From Candidatus Latescibacterota bacterium (lineage in GTDB: Bacteria > Latescibacterota > UBA2968 > GCA-2709665): 64,000 nucleotides of DNA. Shown here in pieces: positions 14,244 through 23,650 of this stretch. Location: contig OZ220733.1 in the NCBI GenBank assembly GCA_965116875.1, positions 4,160,001 through 4,224,000 of the forward strand, written 5' to 3'. Every line of letters starts with the position of its first letter. The stretch's first letter is position 1. Made by a program: the position numbers and the translations under genes. The notes below the pieces were generated by a model that did no database searches, was not told the DNA's origin, and saw nothing but the letters and a program-made list of their open reading frames with translations.

Positions 14244-16148
14244 ATGGGGCGGTTTTACATCACAACACCGATATACTACGTGAACGACGAGCCGCATCTG
14301 GGTCACGCGTATACAACCATAATGGCGGACGTCTTTGCCAGGTATCATCGGATTGCGGGCGACGACGTACTGTTTCTGACGGGAACGGACGAGCACGGTC
14401 AGAAGGTGGCCCAGGCGGCGAAGGAGCGCGGTATCGACCCGCAGGAACACTGTGACGAGATGGTCGAACGCTTCCAAAAGCTCTGGGCGACCTTGAATAT
14501 TTCTTGCGATGACTTCATCCGGACAACCGAATCCAGGCACAGGCGCGTCGTTCAGCGGATACTCCAGCGTTTATACGATGCCGGTGAGATCTACGCGGAC
14601 GACTACGAGGGATGGTACTGCGTACCGGACGAACGGTTCTGGACGGAGAAGGACCTGGTGAACGGGAAATGCCCGGAGTGTGCGCGCGAGGTGGTGCGGA
14701 TATCGGAAAAGAACTACTTTTTCCGCATGGGGAAATATCAGGCCTGGCTGACGGACCGTATCCAAAACGACCCCAGGTTTGTGCTTCCCCTATCGCGTAG
14801 AAACGAAATGCTCGGTTTTCTGCGCCGGCCTCTGAACGATCTCTGTATCTCCCGGCCGAAAGCCCGCCTTTCCTGGGGTATTCCGCTGCCATTCGACGAA
14901 TCCTACGTGTGTTACGTCTGGTTCGACGCGCTGATCAATTACATTACAGCCGCGGGTTATTTTCAGAACGAGGAAGAGTTCGAGAGGTGGTGGCCCGCCT
15001 CCTGTCATCTGATCGGCAAAGATATACTGACCACGCATTGTATTTACTGGCCGACGATGTTGAAGGCGATGGGCGTAGAGACACCGGAAACGGTGATGGC
15101 CCACGGATGGTGGCTCGTCGACGAGGAAAAGATGAGCAAGTCTATGGGCAATGCCATACGTCCCCTTGATCTGGCCGACAAATACGGCGTGGACGCCTTT
15201 CGGTATTTTCTGGTACGCGAGATGGTGCTTGGAATGGACAGCAGTTTCGGGGAAACGGGATTCGTCCACCGGTACAATTCCGAACTGGCAAACGATCTGG
15301 GCAATCTGCTGAATCGCACTGTTGTCATGGCCACGCGATACCTGGGTGGCAGGGTGCCTGCGGCGGATTTGAACCACCCCGACCTTTCTTCGTTGAAGTT
15401 GCAGGCGCGCAAGACGCTGGACGGTGTGACCAACGCTGTGGACGAGATGAGTCCCTCGGGAATTCTGGACGCGATCTGGGACCTCGTCCGGCAGGCGAAT
15501 CGTTTTGCGGAGGTGCAGGCGCCGTGGAACCTGGCCAGGGATCCCAACGCCAGGGATACACTGAAGGCGACGCTCTACGGCCTTCTCGAGACGATGCGCT
15601 ACCTGGCGGTACTTCTGTTTCCGGTCTTGCCGGGCAAAGCAGAGGAAATCTGGTCGCAGATTGGCGCGGATGGCGAAGTGACGACGCAGACCATACACGG
15701 CCTTCATCCCTGGGGCGGGCTGCGCGCCGGGGCGAAGGTGAACGCCGGAAGTCCGATTTTTCCCAGGATCGATCCGGTAGTCGATGACCATTCGGAGAAA
15801 ACTGACATGGAGGACAGCAAAGAAACTCTGGTCCCGTTCAGTGAGTTTCAGAAGCTCGAGTTTCGCGTGGCGAGGGTGGTGTCCGCACAACGGGTCCCGG
15901 GCGCTGATCGCCTGCTGGTGTTGCAGGTCAGCCTGGGTGACGAGCAGCGCCAGATCGTGGCGGGGGTGGCTGAGCAATACCTGCCGGAATCGCTGGTTGG
16001 CCGCCAGATCGTGGTGGTTGCCAATCTGGAGCCGGCGACGATCCGGGGGGTGACGTCTGAAGGGATGCTGCTGGCGGCATCGGCGGACGGGCGTGTCTCC
16101 CTGCTGCAACCGGACGCCGACGTACCCGACGGAGCCGAGGTGGGCTGA
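14244..16148 (+). CDS. metG: Methionine--tRNA ligase with C-terminal tRNA-binding domain
   Basis: FYITTPIYY, HLGH, TGTDEHG, KMSKS, OB-fold tail. Confidence 0.98.
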   Translation: MGRFYITTPIYYVNDEPHLGHAYTTIMADVFARYHRIAGDDVLFLTGTDEHGQKVAQAAKERGIDPQEHCDEMVERFQKLWATLNISCDDFIRTTESRHRRVVQRILQRLYDAGEIYADDYEGWYCVPDERFWTEKDLVNGKCPECAREVVRISEKNYFFRMGKYQAWLTDRIQNDPRFVLPLSRRNEMLGFLRRPLNDLCISRPKARLSWGIPLPFDESYVCYVWFDALINYITAAGYFQNEEEFERWWPASCHLIGKDILTTHCIYWPTMLKAMGVETPETVMAHGWWLVDEEKMSKSMGNAIRPLDLADKYGVDAFRYFLVREMVLGMDSSFGETGFVHRYNSELANDLGNLLNRTVVMATRYLGGRVPAADLNHPDLSSLKLQARKTLDGVTNAVDEMSPSGILDAIWDLVRQANRFAEVQAPWNLARDPNARDTLKATLYGLLETMRYLAVLLFPVLPGKAEEIWSQIGADGEVTTQTIHGLHPWGGLRAGAKVNAGSPIFPRIDPVVDDHSEKTDMEDSKETLVPFSEFQKLEFRVARVVSAQRVPGADRLLVLQVSLGDEQRQIVAGVAEQYLPESLVGRQIVVVANLEPATIRGVTSEGMLLAASADGRVSLLQPDADVPDGAEVG

Positions 16149-16152
16149 GAAG

Positions 16153-16917
16153 ATGCTCGTCGATACCCATGCCCATCTCAATTTCCCGCAGTTCAAGGGC
16201 GACGAGGAGGCGACGATCCGGCGTGCCCGTACGGCAGGGGTTGGAATCATCGTCAACGTCGGTACGAACCTGAAGGTGAGCAGGAGCGCGCTGGATCTCG
16301 CTCGGCGCCATGAAGGGGTCTACGCGACAGTGGGTTTTCATCCGCACGATGTCGAACTGGCCGATGCGGACGGGTTGAGGGCACTGAGGCGGCTTGTATC
16401 GTACAGGAAGGTTGTTGCCGTCGGCGAGACGGGTCTGGATTTCTTTCGTAATTATGCGCCCCGGCCCCTTCAGGAGCGGATCTTCCGGTTCCACATTCGT
16501 CTGGCGCGGCAGAAGGGACTTCCGCTTGTTATCCACAGTCGCGGCGCGGAGGACAGGGTGATGGACATTCTCGAATCGGAAGGCGGCAGTGCGGCCGGCG
16601 GAACGTTGCACTGCTTCGGGGGCTGCGGCGACCAGGCGAAGCGGGCGGTGGACCTTGGGTTCCATCTTGGATTCGGCGGAACGGTGACGTATAATCGCTC
16701 CACGTCGTTGTCCGTGGCGCTGGACACCCAGCCCGATCGAATCCTCCTGGAAACCGATTGTCCGTATCTTGCGCCAAACCCGCACAGAGGCCGGCGAAAC
16801 GAGCCGGCCTACGTTCGGCAGATTGCCGAATTCCTGGCTGGACGCGCGAACAAGCCGTTGGACAGCTTCGCCGCTCGAACCACGGAGAATGCCCGCAGGC
16901 TTTTCGGATTGATGTGA
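16153..16917 (+). CDS. tatD: TatD family hydrolase
   Basis: DTHAHL, GFHPH, GETGLD, IHSR, LHCF, ETDCPYLAP, RNEP. Confidence 0.96.
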   Translation: MLVDTHAHLNFPQFKGDEEATIRRARTAGVGIIVNVGTNLKVSRSALDLARRHEGVYATVGFHPHDVELADADGLRALRRLVSYRKVVAVGETGLDFFRNYAPRPLQERIFRFHIRLARQKGLPLVIHSRGAEDRVMDILESEGGSAAGGTLHCFGGCGDQAKRAVDLGFHLGFGGTVTYNRSTSLSVALDTQPDRILLETDCPYLAPNPHRGRRNEPAYVRQIAEFLAGRANKPLDSFAARTTENARRLFGLM

Positions 16918-17746
16918 TGATCAAGCCCAAAAAGGGCCTTGCGCAGCATTTCCTGACCGACGTCGGGGCCGTCCAGAGAATCGTCAGGGCTGCAGGCGTC
17001 CAGGCCGACGACCTTGTGGTTGAAATCGGCCCGGGCCGCGGCGCGCTGACCGGCCGGCTGTTGGCACAGGCGGGCAAAGTCATCGGAATCGAACGCGATG
17101 AGGCGCTCTGTGACTTCCTGCGGTCCCGCTTCGGACACGGGTTGCGCCTTCGCAACCAGGATGTATTGACGGTTGACTTTTCCAATCTGATTCTCGAGGA
17201 AGGATTTGACCGCGCGATTCTGGTGGGAAACCTGCCGTATTACATTACGGGCGCGGTCATACGGCGAATCCTGGATGCGCGGAGCCGGTTCAGGCGGGCT
17301 GTACTGACCGTTCAACGGGAGGTTGCCCGACGGATCGTCGCCGCGCCGGGCAACAGAGACTATGGCGTTCTGTCAATTGCGGTTCAGTTGCATTCTGATC
17401 CGAAGATGCTGTTCGACCTGGCCCCCGGCGTCTTCCACCCGGCGCCACGGGTCTTTTCGTCCGTGATACGGCTGGATTTCCACGGGAGACGCGCTACCGT
17501 ATTCAGGATGAGCGGTTTTTCTTTCGCGTGGTCCGTACGGCTTTCGGTCAGCGGCGGAAGATGCTGAAAAATTCCCTGCTGGGAATGGCGCACGGCAGGA
17601 TGGAGGTTCTGCAGCGCGTGGGAGCAATGGCGGAAATCGACTTCAGTTTGCGGCCGGAAGCCGTTTCCATACCGGAATTTGAGCGGATTTCCCTCGCGCT
17701 CAAGGCGTTTTGCGATTTCAGCGGGCAGCTTCACGGGAGCCGATAG
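16917..17746 (+). pseudogene. rsmA: 16S rRNA m6,2A1518/1519 dimethyltransferase RsmA/KsgA, split by an apparent 1-nt deletion near 17484-17486 (real lesion or sequencing error)
   Basis: N part AQHFL, EIGPGRG, GNLPY, QREVA in one frame; C part [20 protein letters not shown]...RPEAVS in another frame. Confidence 0.85.
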
Positions 17747-17849
17747 CCGTCACAGGAAACCTGCCATCGCGGATTGTCGATGGGAGCGAAATGCCCGCGG
17801 GGGGCGTCTTTCTCGGCATTTCCGTTCATCTATCCTGGAGGGAAGAGAA

Positions 17850-18773
17850 ATGCCTCCGATGCCGAAGGCCGACAAGATCTGGTTCAACGGCAGATTTGTC
17901 GATTGGGACGATGCAAGGGTCCACGTGTTGTCGCACGTGGTGCACTACGGATCCAGTGTTTTTGAAGGGATACGCTGTTACGATACACGAAAGGGTCCGG
18001 CCTGTTTCCGTTTGACGGATCACGTGAATCGCCTGTACGATTCAGCCAAGATCTACCGAATGCCGATTCCTTATGACCGAGAGGAAATCTCGCGGGCAAT
18101 CCTGGAATCTATCCGTACGAACGGGCTTCAGGGATGTTACGTACGTCCCGTGATCTTTCGAGGATACGGCAGCCTGGGTGTGGATCCCTCGTCCTGCCCC
18201 GTGGAAGTCGTTATCGCGGTCTGGGAATGGGGCGCCTATCTGGGCGAGGAGGCGCTGGAAAAGGGGGCCGAGGTCCGTTTTTCGTCGTGGAACCGGCTGG
18301 CGCCCAACACCATGCCCTCACTGGCAAAGGTCGGCGCCAACTACATGAACTCGCAGTTGATCAAGCTGGAGGCGCTCGCCGATGGATACGTGGAGGGAAT
18401 CGCTCTGGATGCGCAGGGCCACGTGAGCGAAGCGAGCGGAGAGAATATCTTCATGGTGAAGAACGGCGCGATTTACACCCCCTCCACCGGATCGTCGATT
18501 CTGCCGGGAATTACCCGTCACTCGGTGATTACGCTGGCGCGCGATCTTGGCTACGCGGTAACACAGCGCGCCATACCCAGGGAGTCGCTGTACATCGCCG
18601 ACGAAGTCTTCTTTACAGGCAGCGCGGCTGAAGTCACGCCGATCGCCCGAATCGATCACATTCCAGTCGGTGAAGGGACCCGTGGACCCATCACCAAGGC
18701 TCTGCAGGACGCTTACTTCGGCGTTGTATCGGGCGAGACGGACGACCGGCACGGCTGGCTGACCTTTGTCTGA
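17850..18773 (+). CDS. ilvE: Branched-chain amino acid aminotransferase
   Basis: [44 protein letters not shown]. Confidence 0.96.
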   Translation: MPPMPKADKIWFNGRFVDWDDARVHVLSHVVHYGSSVFEGIRCYDTRKGPACFRLTDHVNRLYDSAKIYRMPIPYDREEISRAILESIRTNGLQGCYVRPVIFRGYGSLGVDPSSCPVEVVIAVWEWGAYLGEEALEKGAEVRFSSWNRLAPNTMPSLAKVGANYMNSQLIKLEALADGYVEGIALDAQGHVSEASGENIFMVKNGAIYTPSTGSSILPGITRHSVITLARDLGYAVTQRAIPRESLYIADEVFFTGSAAEVTPIARIDHIPVGEGTRGPITKALQDAYFGVVSGETDDRHGWLTFV

Positions 18774-18836
18774 CAGCGAACCCGCTCATTGTGGAGACCG
18801 GGTCATGGAACAGAACTCCGGACCGGAACGCATGGT

Positions 18837-19655
18837 ATGTATGAAATAAGGGACAAGCACGTTGCTGTCATCGGCGCCGGGAATATGGGCGGCGCGTTGA
18901 TCGCGGGGCTGGTGCAATCCGGCGCCCTGCCGCCGGAACGGATGACCGCGGTGGATATCGACGATGACTTGCTGGAATCGCATCGGCGCACGCTGGGCGT
19001 CAAAACCGTCCGCGACGCCACCTCGGTCGCCGCCGAACAGGACGTGGTGGTGCTTGGACTGAAGCCCCAGGTATGGGCGTCGGTCCTTACACCGCTGGCG
19101 ACGTCGCTTACCGGACGGCAACTGGTGATCTCAATTATGGGCGGCGTACGGACCGGGGCGATTGAGGAAGTTCTGGGTGGACGGATCCCGGTTGTGAGGG
19201 CGATGCCGAATATTCTCGCGCAGATCCGCGCGTCCGTCACGGCGATCTGCCCGGGCCGTTTTGCACGGGAAGCGCATTTGGCTGCAGCCGAGGCGATTCT
19301 GGAGTCGGTCGGCGCGTCCGTCCGCCTGGGTGAAGCACAGATGGATGCGGTTACCGGGCTTTCCGGCAGCGGTCCTGCCTTTGTGTACGTGATGATCGAT
19401 GCGCTGGCCGACGGCGGCGTCAGGATGGGAATACCCAGACCCATTGCGCTCAAGCTGGCCGCGGAAACGGTTTTGGGCGGTGCAAAGATGGTCATCGATA
19501 GCGGGGAGCACCCGGCGGTGTTGAAAGACCGGGTAACGTCCGCGGGCGGTACGACCATCGCCGGATTGCAGGCGTTGGAACAGGGGGGATACCGCGCCGC
19601 GCTGATGAAGGCGGTGGAAGCCGCGACCCGGCGGTCCGAGGAGCTGGGAGCCTAG
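18837..19655 (+). CDS. proC: Pyrroline-5-carboxylate reductase
   Basis: GAGNMG, RAMPN, TGLSGSGPA, VTSAGGTT. Confidence 0.97.
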   Translation: MYEIRDKHVAVIGAGNMGGALIAGLVQSGALPPERMTAVDIDDDLLESHRRTLGVKTVRDATSVAAEQDVVVLGLKPQVWASVLTPLATSLTGRQLVISIMGGVRTGAIEEVLGGRIPVVRAMPNILAQIRASVTAICPGRFAREAHLAAAEAILESVGASVRLGEAQMDAVTGLSGSGPAFVYVMIDALADGGVRMGIPRPIALKLAAETVLGGAKMVIDSGEHPAVLKDRVTSAGGTTIAGLQALEQGGYRAALMKAVEAATRRSEELGA

Positions 19656-19717
19656 CAGCCCGTTGAAAAAGTCCATCCGACCTCGCCTGCAGAGCGACTT
19701 TACCAACGGACTGTTAG
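19652..19717 (+). mobile_element. MITE-like family 1, internally deleted copy (66 bp)
   Basis: TIRs CTAGCAGCCCGTTGAAAAAGTC / GACTTTACCAACGGACTGTTAG; both ends match copies at 32449 and 48482; overlaps proC TAG. Confidence 0.85.
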
Positions 19718-19771
19718 CGATGCAGTCGCCGAAACAGAGCGTCGTGCAGGGTCTTCCGGCCGGAGGTCGTA

Positions 19772-20377
19772 ATGATTGTGATTGTAGACTGTGGCATGGG
19801 TAATCTGCGCAGCGTTCAAAAGGGGTTTGAACGCGTCGGACACGCCGCGGCGATTACGAGTCGTCCCGAAGACGTGGACCGTGCCGACCGCGTCGTATTG
19901 CCCGGCGTCGGCGCCTTCGGAGACGCGATGGTCAATCTGAAAGCGGCGGGACTGGTGGAACCTCTGATGCATTCGATTTCCAGCGGTCGGCCGTTCCTCG
20001 GGATCTGCGTCGGTCTTCAGCTCCTGTTTGCCGAGAGCAGCGAGATGGGCCGCCACCGCGGATTTGGCGTGCTGCCCGGATCCGTGCGTCGGTTTCCGGA
20101 CGGGGTGCGGGTGCCTCAGATCGGATGGAACCAGATTCGAATTCAGAAGCAAACGCCGCTTCTTGCGGACATACCCGATGAAGCATTTTTTTATTTCGTA
20201 CATTCATACTATGTTGATGCTGAAGTGGAAACCGATTGCGTGGCAACCACCGAATACGCGCTCGATTACACGTCGATCGCGGGCCGGGGGTCAACCTACG
20301 GCATTCAGTTTCACCCCGAGAAGAGCCAGGATCTGGGACTGCGTATCCTGAAGAATTTCGCGGAGCGGGTATGTTAG
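19772..20377 (+). CDS. hisH: Imidazole glycerol phosphate synthase glutaminase subunit
   Basis: GNLRSV, LPGVGAF, GICVGLQ, YFVHSY, QFHPEKS. Confidence 0.97.
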   Translation: MIVIVDCGMGNLRSVQKGFERVGHAAAITSRPEDVDRADRVVLPGVGAFGDAMVNLKAAGLVEPLMHSISSGRPFLGICVGLQLLFAESSEMGRHRGFGVLPGSVRRFPDGVRVPQIGWNQIRIQKQTPLLADIPDEAFFYFVHSYYVDAEVETDCVATTEYALDYTSIAGRGSTYGIQFHPEKSQDLGLRILKNFAERVC

Positions 20378-21159
20378 CGAAACGCATCATTCCCTGTCTG
20401 GACGTCAAGAACGGCCGGAACGTGCGCGGGGTGAAGTTCTCGGCCGACCGCGACGCCGGAGACCCTGTTGAACTGGCGCGCCGATACGACGAGGAGGGCG
20501 CCGACGAACTCGTCTTTTACGATATCACGGCGTCAGCGGAAAAGCGGGATATCGTCGCCGATCTCGTGCGTCAGGTATCGGAACAGGTGTTTATCCCGTT
20601 TACGGTGGGCGGCGGCGTGCGGACATTTGACGACATCTGCACGATCATCGAGGGCGGCGCCGAAAAGGCATCCATCAATTCAGCCGCGATTCGTTCACCG
20701 GATCTGATTACCCGGGGCGCGGCGCGTTTCGGCGCACAGGCGATCGTCGGATCCATCGACGTCGTTCGATGCGGCGACCCGGCAGGGAAACCCCGGTGGA
20801 ACGTCATGATCGACGGCGGCAGGACGACCACGGGAAGGGACGCCCTGGAGTGGGCGGTGGAACTGGTCGACAGAGGCGCGGGAGAGCTGGTTTTGAACAG
20901 CATCGACGCCGACGGAACGCGAGAGGGGTACGACATCGAGCTGAACCGCGCTGTGGCGGAACTTGTGGACGTGCCGATTGTGGCATCGGGGGGCTCGGGC
21001 GGACCTGAGCACATGTATCAGGTGCTTCAGGAAGGCAGGGCCAGCGCGGCGCTTGCTGCGTCTATTTTTCACTATCGCCACTATAGCATTCCACAGGTAA
21101 AGGCATACCTGGCCGGGCGGGGCGTCTGCGTGCGCCCCCGGGTAAGGGTGGATCTGTAA
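20371..21159 (+). CDS. hisF: Imidazole glycerol phosphate synthase cyclase subunit
   Basis: MLAKRIIPCLDV, GADELVFYDITAS, PFTVGGG, DADGT..GYD, ALAASIFH. Confidence 0.98.
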   Translation: MLAKRIIPCLDVKNGRNVRGVKFSADRDAGDPVELARRYDEEGADELVFYDITASAEKRDIVADLVRQVSEQVFIPFTVGGGVRTFDDICTIIEGGAEKASINSAAIRSPDLITRGAARFGAQAIVGSIDVVRCGDPAGKPRWNVMIDGGRTTTGRDALEWAVELVDRGAGELVLNSIDADGTREGYDIELNRAVAELVDVPIVASGGSGGPEHMYQVLQEGRASAALAASIFHYRHYSIPQVKAYLAGRGVCVRPRVRVDL

Positions 21160-22367
21160 TGGATCGCAAGTTGACGAACGGGTCGCGAGAGATCCGTGCA
21201 GGGGACGGAATGGCGCGTTGTTCCAATCCGAACCGGATCTGTCCCGAACGAAAGGCGTTGTTCGAAGGGGTTCGTCGTGTCGTGCTGAAGCTGGGCACAC
21301 GCCTGGTCACGAAAAGGGACCAGGGCCTGAATACCGGGTTGATTGAGCGCCTGGCTGCAGACGTGGCCGAACTGCGGCGCACGGGAATACAGGTTGCCGT
21401 CGTGTCGTCCGGCGCGGTCGGAGCCGGAATGGGGCGGTTGGGCCTGGAGGAGAGGCCGCGGCGGCTGTCGGCGTTACAGGCGACCGCGGCCGTCGGGCAG
21501 GGGTTGTTGATGAACGCTTACAAGCTCGCGTTCAGAGCGCATAACCTCCCGGTCGGGCAGGTCCTCCTGACCGCCGATGATCTGGACAACCGGCGCCGTT
21601 ACGTCAACGCGAGGAATACGCTGGATTCGCTGTTCCGGTTCGGCGCCGTTCCGGTGCTGAACGAGAACGACAGCGTCGCCGTTGAGGAACTCCAGCTCTC
21701 GGTTGGCGACAACGACCGCCTTTCGGCGCTGGCGGCGCATCTGATCGACGCCGACCTTCTCGTTATCCTGACCGACGTCGACGGGTTTTTCTCTGAAGAT
21801 CCGGACCGCCGTACCGACGCGCGCCTCATCACGCGGGTTGAGGAGATACGCCCCGAAATGTTCGAGTGGGCGGGAAGAGCCGGCAGCCGCGTGAGCCTGG
21901 GTGGAATGCGTTCAAAACTGGAGGCGGCGCAGAGTGTGACGCGGGGAGGCAGGCTGGCGGTAATCGCAAACGGGCACAAGATCGGACTGAGCCGGATCCT
22001 CGCCGGTGCGCCTGCGGGAACGCTGTTCCTTGCCGCGAGGGAAAGGCTGCCCGGCCGCAAGCTCTGGATTGCCAATTCCCGTCGCAACGGCGCCGTGATC
22101 GTCGACGACGGCGCAGTGGAGGCAATCGTTAAACGGGGCAAGAGTCTCTTGCCATCGGGAATACTGAAAGTGGAAGGCGCCTTCGAGGCCGGTGAATTGA
22201 TCGCCGTTGAGGACCGGCGCCGGTTGGAGGTCGCACGCGGCGTGGTCAAGTACGGTTCGGACGACGTACAGCGGATATTGGGCAAGTCGACCGGCGAGGT
22301 GGTTTCAATTCTGGACGTGGAAGCCGGAGGAGAGGTGGTTCACCGGGACGATCTGGTGGTTCTTTGA
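21159..22367 (+). CDS. proB: Glutamate 5-kinase with PUA domain
   Basis: VVLKLGT, VSSGAV, NENDSV, GDNDRLSA, GGMRSKLEAA, SLLPSG; start may be up to ~35 codons later. Confidence 0.96.
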   Translation: MDRKLTNGSREIRAGDGMARCSNPNRICPERKALFEGVRRVVLKLGTRLVTKRDQGLNTGLIERLAADVAELRRTGIQVAVVSSGAVGAGMGRLGLEERPRRLSALQATAAVGQGLLMNAYKLAFRAHNLPVGQVLLTADDLDNRRRYVNARNTLDSLFRFGAVPVLNENDSVAVEELQLSVGDNDRLSALAAHLIDADLLVILTDVDGFFSEDPDRRTDARLITRVEEIRPEMFEWAGRAGSRVSLGGMRSKLEAAQSVTRGGRLAVIANGHKIGLSRILAGAPAGTLFLAARERLPGRKLWIANSRRNGAVIVDDGAVEAIVKRGKSLLPSGILKVEGAFEAGELIAVEDRRRLEVARGVVKYGSDDVQRILGKSTGEVVSILDVEAGGEVVHRDDLVVL

Positions 22368-22447
22368 GAATGGCGGGGCTTCCGCCCGCACACCGTTACT
22401 TCGCCGCGTATACTTCGGCGGCGCAGTTTTGCATCGGGGTTACCGGA

Positions 22448-22795
22448 ATGAGATTCTATCGGGTAAAACGGGATTTTCTGATTGCACCGCGCAGGCGGAT
22501 GTATCGATTTCTGTGGATGCTTCCGGCCCTGTGGTTCGTCTATCTGTTTTTCGCCGGAGACAGCGGTTATCTGCAGATTCGGGAGCGGAGCAGGCAGATC
22601 GAGGCGATGCGTCGAGAGAATGAAACCGAAAGCGCGGAAAACGTGAAGTTGGAGGCCGAGGTCGAAATGCTGAAGAACGACCTGGCGATCATTGAGAGAA
22701 TCGCACGGGAGCGGTACGGCATGGTCAAAGAGAACGAGACGGTCTATATGGTCTACCCGGGCACACCGGATCCGACGTCGGTAACCGAAAAATGA
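22448..22795 (+). CDS. ftsB: Septum formation initiator FtsB/DivIC family
   Basis: Single TM, GDSG, coiled coil, IERIARERYGMVKENE. Confidence 0.85.
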   Translation: MRFYRVKRDFLIAPRRRMYRFLWMLPALWFVYLFFAGDSGYLQIRERSRQIEAMRRENETESAENVKLEAEVEMLKNDLAIIERIARERYGMVKENETVYMVYPGTPDPTSVTEK

Positions 22796-23574
22796 TTTCG
22801 AAGACCGAAGGGCTGGTTCTACGCGGGTACCGGATGAGCGAGAGCAGCAAGGTGGTGGTCATCTATACCCGGAGCGCCGGCAAGGTGAAGGTTGTGGCCA
22901 GGGGCGCCCGTCGTCCCAGGAGTAAGTTCGGCGCCAGCGTGGAACCGATCACGTGGGGAGCGTATGTCTATTACAGCCGGGAAAACAGAGACCTGCAGAC
23001 GCTTGGCGAGGGTGATATTCTGTATGCCTTTGAGGGCCTGAAACGGGTTTACCGGCGCCTCGCTTACGCAAGCGCCGTTTGTGATCTGCTGGATCGTCTG
23101 ACGCCGGAAGAGGATCCGAACTCACTCCTGTGCAGCGTCACCCTGGACTCGCTGCGATGGATGGAAACCGTCGAGGAAGAAGCGGTTGAATTGCCGCTCT
23201 GGTACTTTCAGCTGAAGGCGGCGGCGATGCTTGGATATCGTCCTCATCTGAGCGGCTGTGTCGCGTGCGGCACGCGAATAACCGGCGACAAAGCCTGCTT
23301 CGACGCAGGGCGAGGCGGCACGGTCTGCAGCCGTTGCGATCGCGGAGGCATTGAAGTGAAACTGGCAACCATCAGATACCTGGAACACCTTCAGACGGCG
23401 CATGCGGACCGGATCGACGACAGGGGATTCCGGGGGGTTGATACCGGCGAAGCGCGTCGCGTGCTGCGCGGCTTCCTGTGGCGCCACATTGAAAACCGCG
23501 GCCAGGTCAAGTCACTGGACTTTCTGAATCGGCTGTTGGCCGCGGAAGCGCCGTCGGCGTCCTACGGCAGTTGA
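22792..23574 (+). CDS. recO: DNA repair protein RecO
   Basis: KTEGLVLR..ESSK, ARGARRPRSKF, GYRPHLSGCVACG..C..C zinc finger. Confidence 0.95.
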   Translation: MISKTEGLVLRGYRMSESSKVVVIYTRSAGKVKVVARGARRPRSKFGASVEPITWGAYVYYSRENRDLQTLGEGDILYAFEGLKRVYRRLAYASAVCDLLDRLTPEEDPNSLLCSVTLDSLRWMETVEEEAVELPLWYFQLKAAAMLGYRPHLSGCVACGTRITGDKACFDAGRGGTVCSRCDRGGIEVKLATIRYLEHLQTAHADRIDDRGFRGVDTGEARRVLRGFLWRHIENRGQVKSLDFLNRLLAAEAPSASYGS

Positions 23575-23650
23575 GAACCCGCCGGCGGCGGGCGGTATCC
23601 GAAAACACAATCCGGGCAAACTTCATCTGGTAAAGGAACGGGTTAGACGA

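Noticed and set aside
17470-17530. Programmed ribosomal frameshift in rsmA
   Set aside because: No slippery heptamer or internal SD/stop arrangement at the junction; a simple indel explains it
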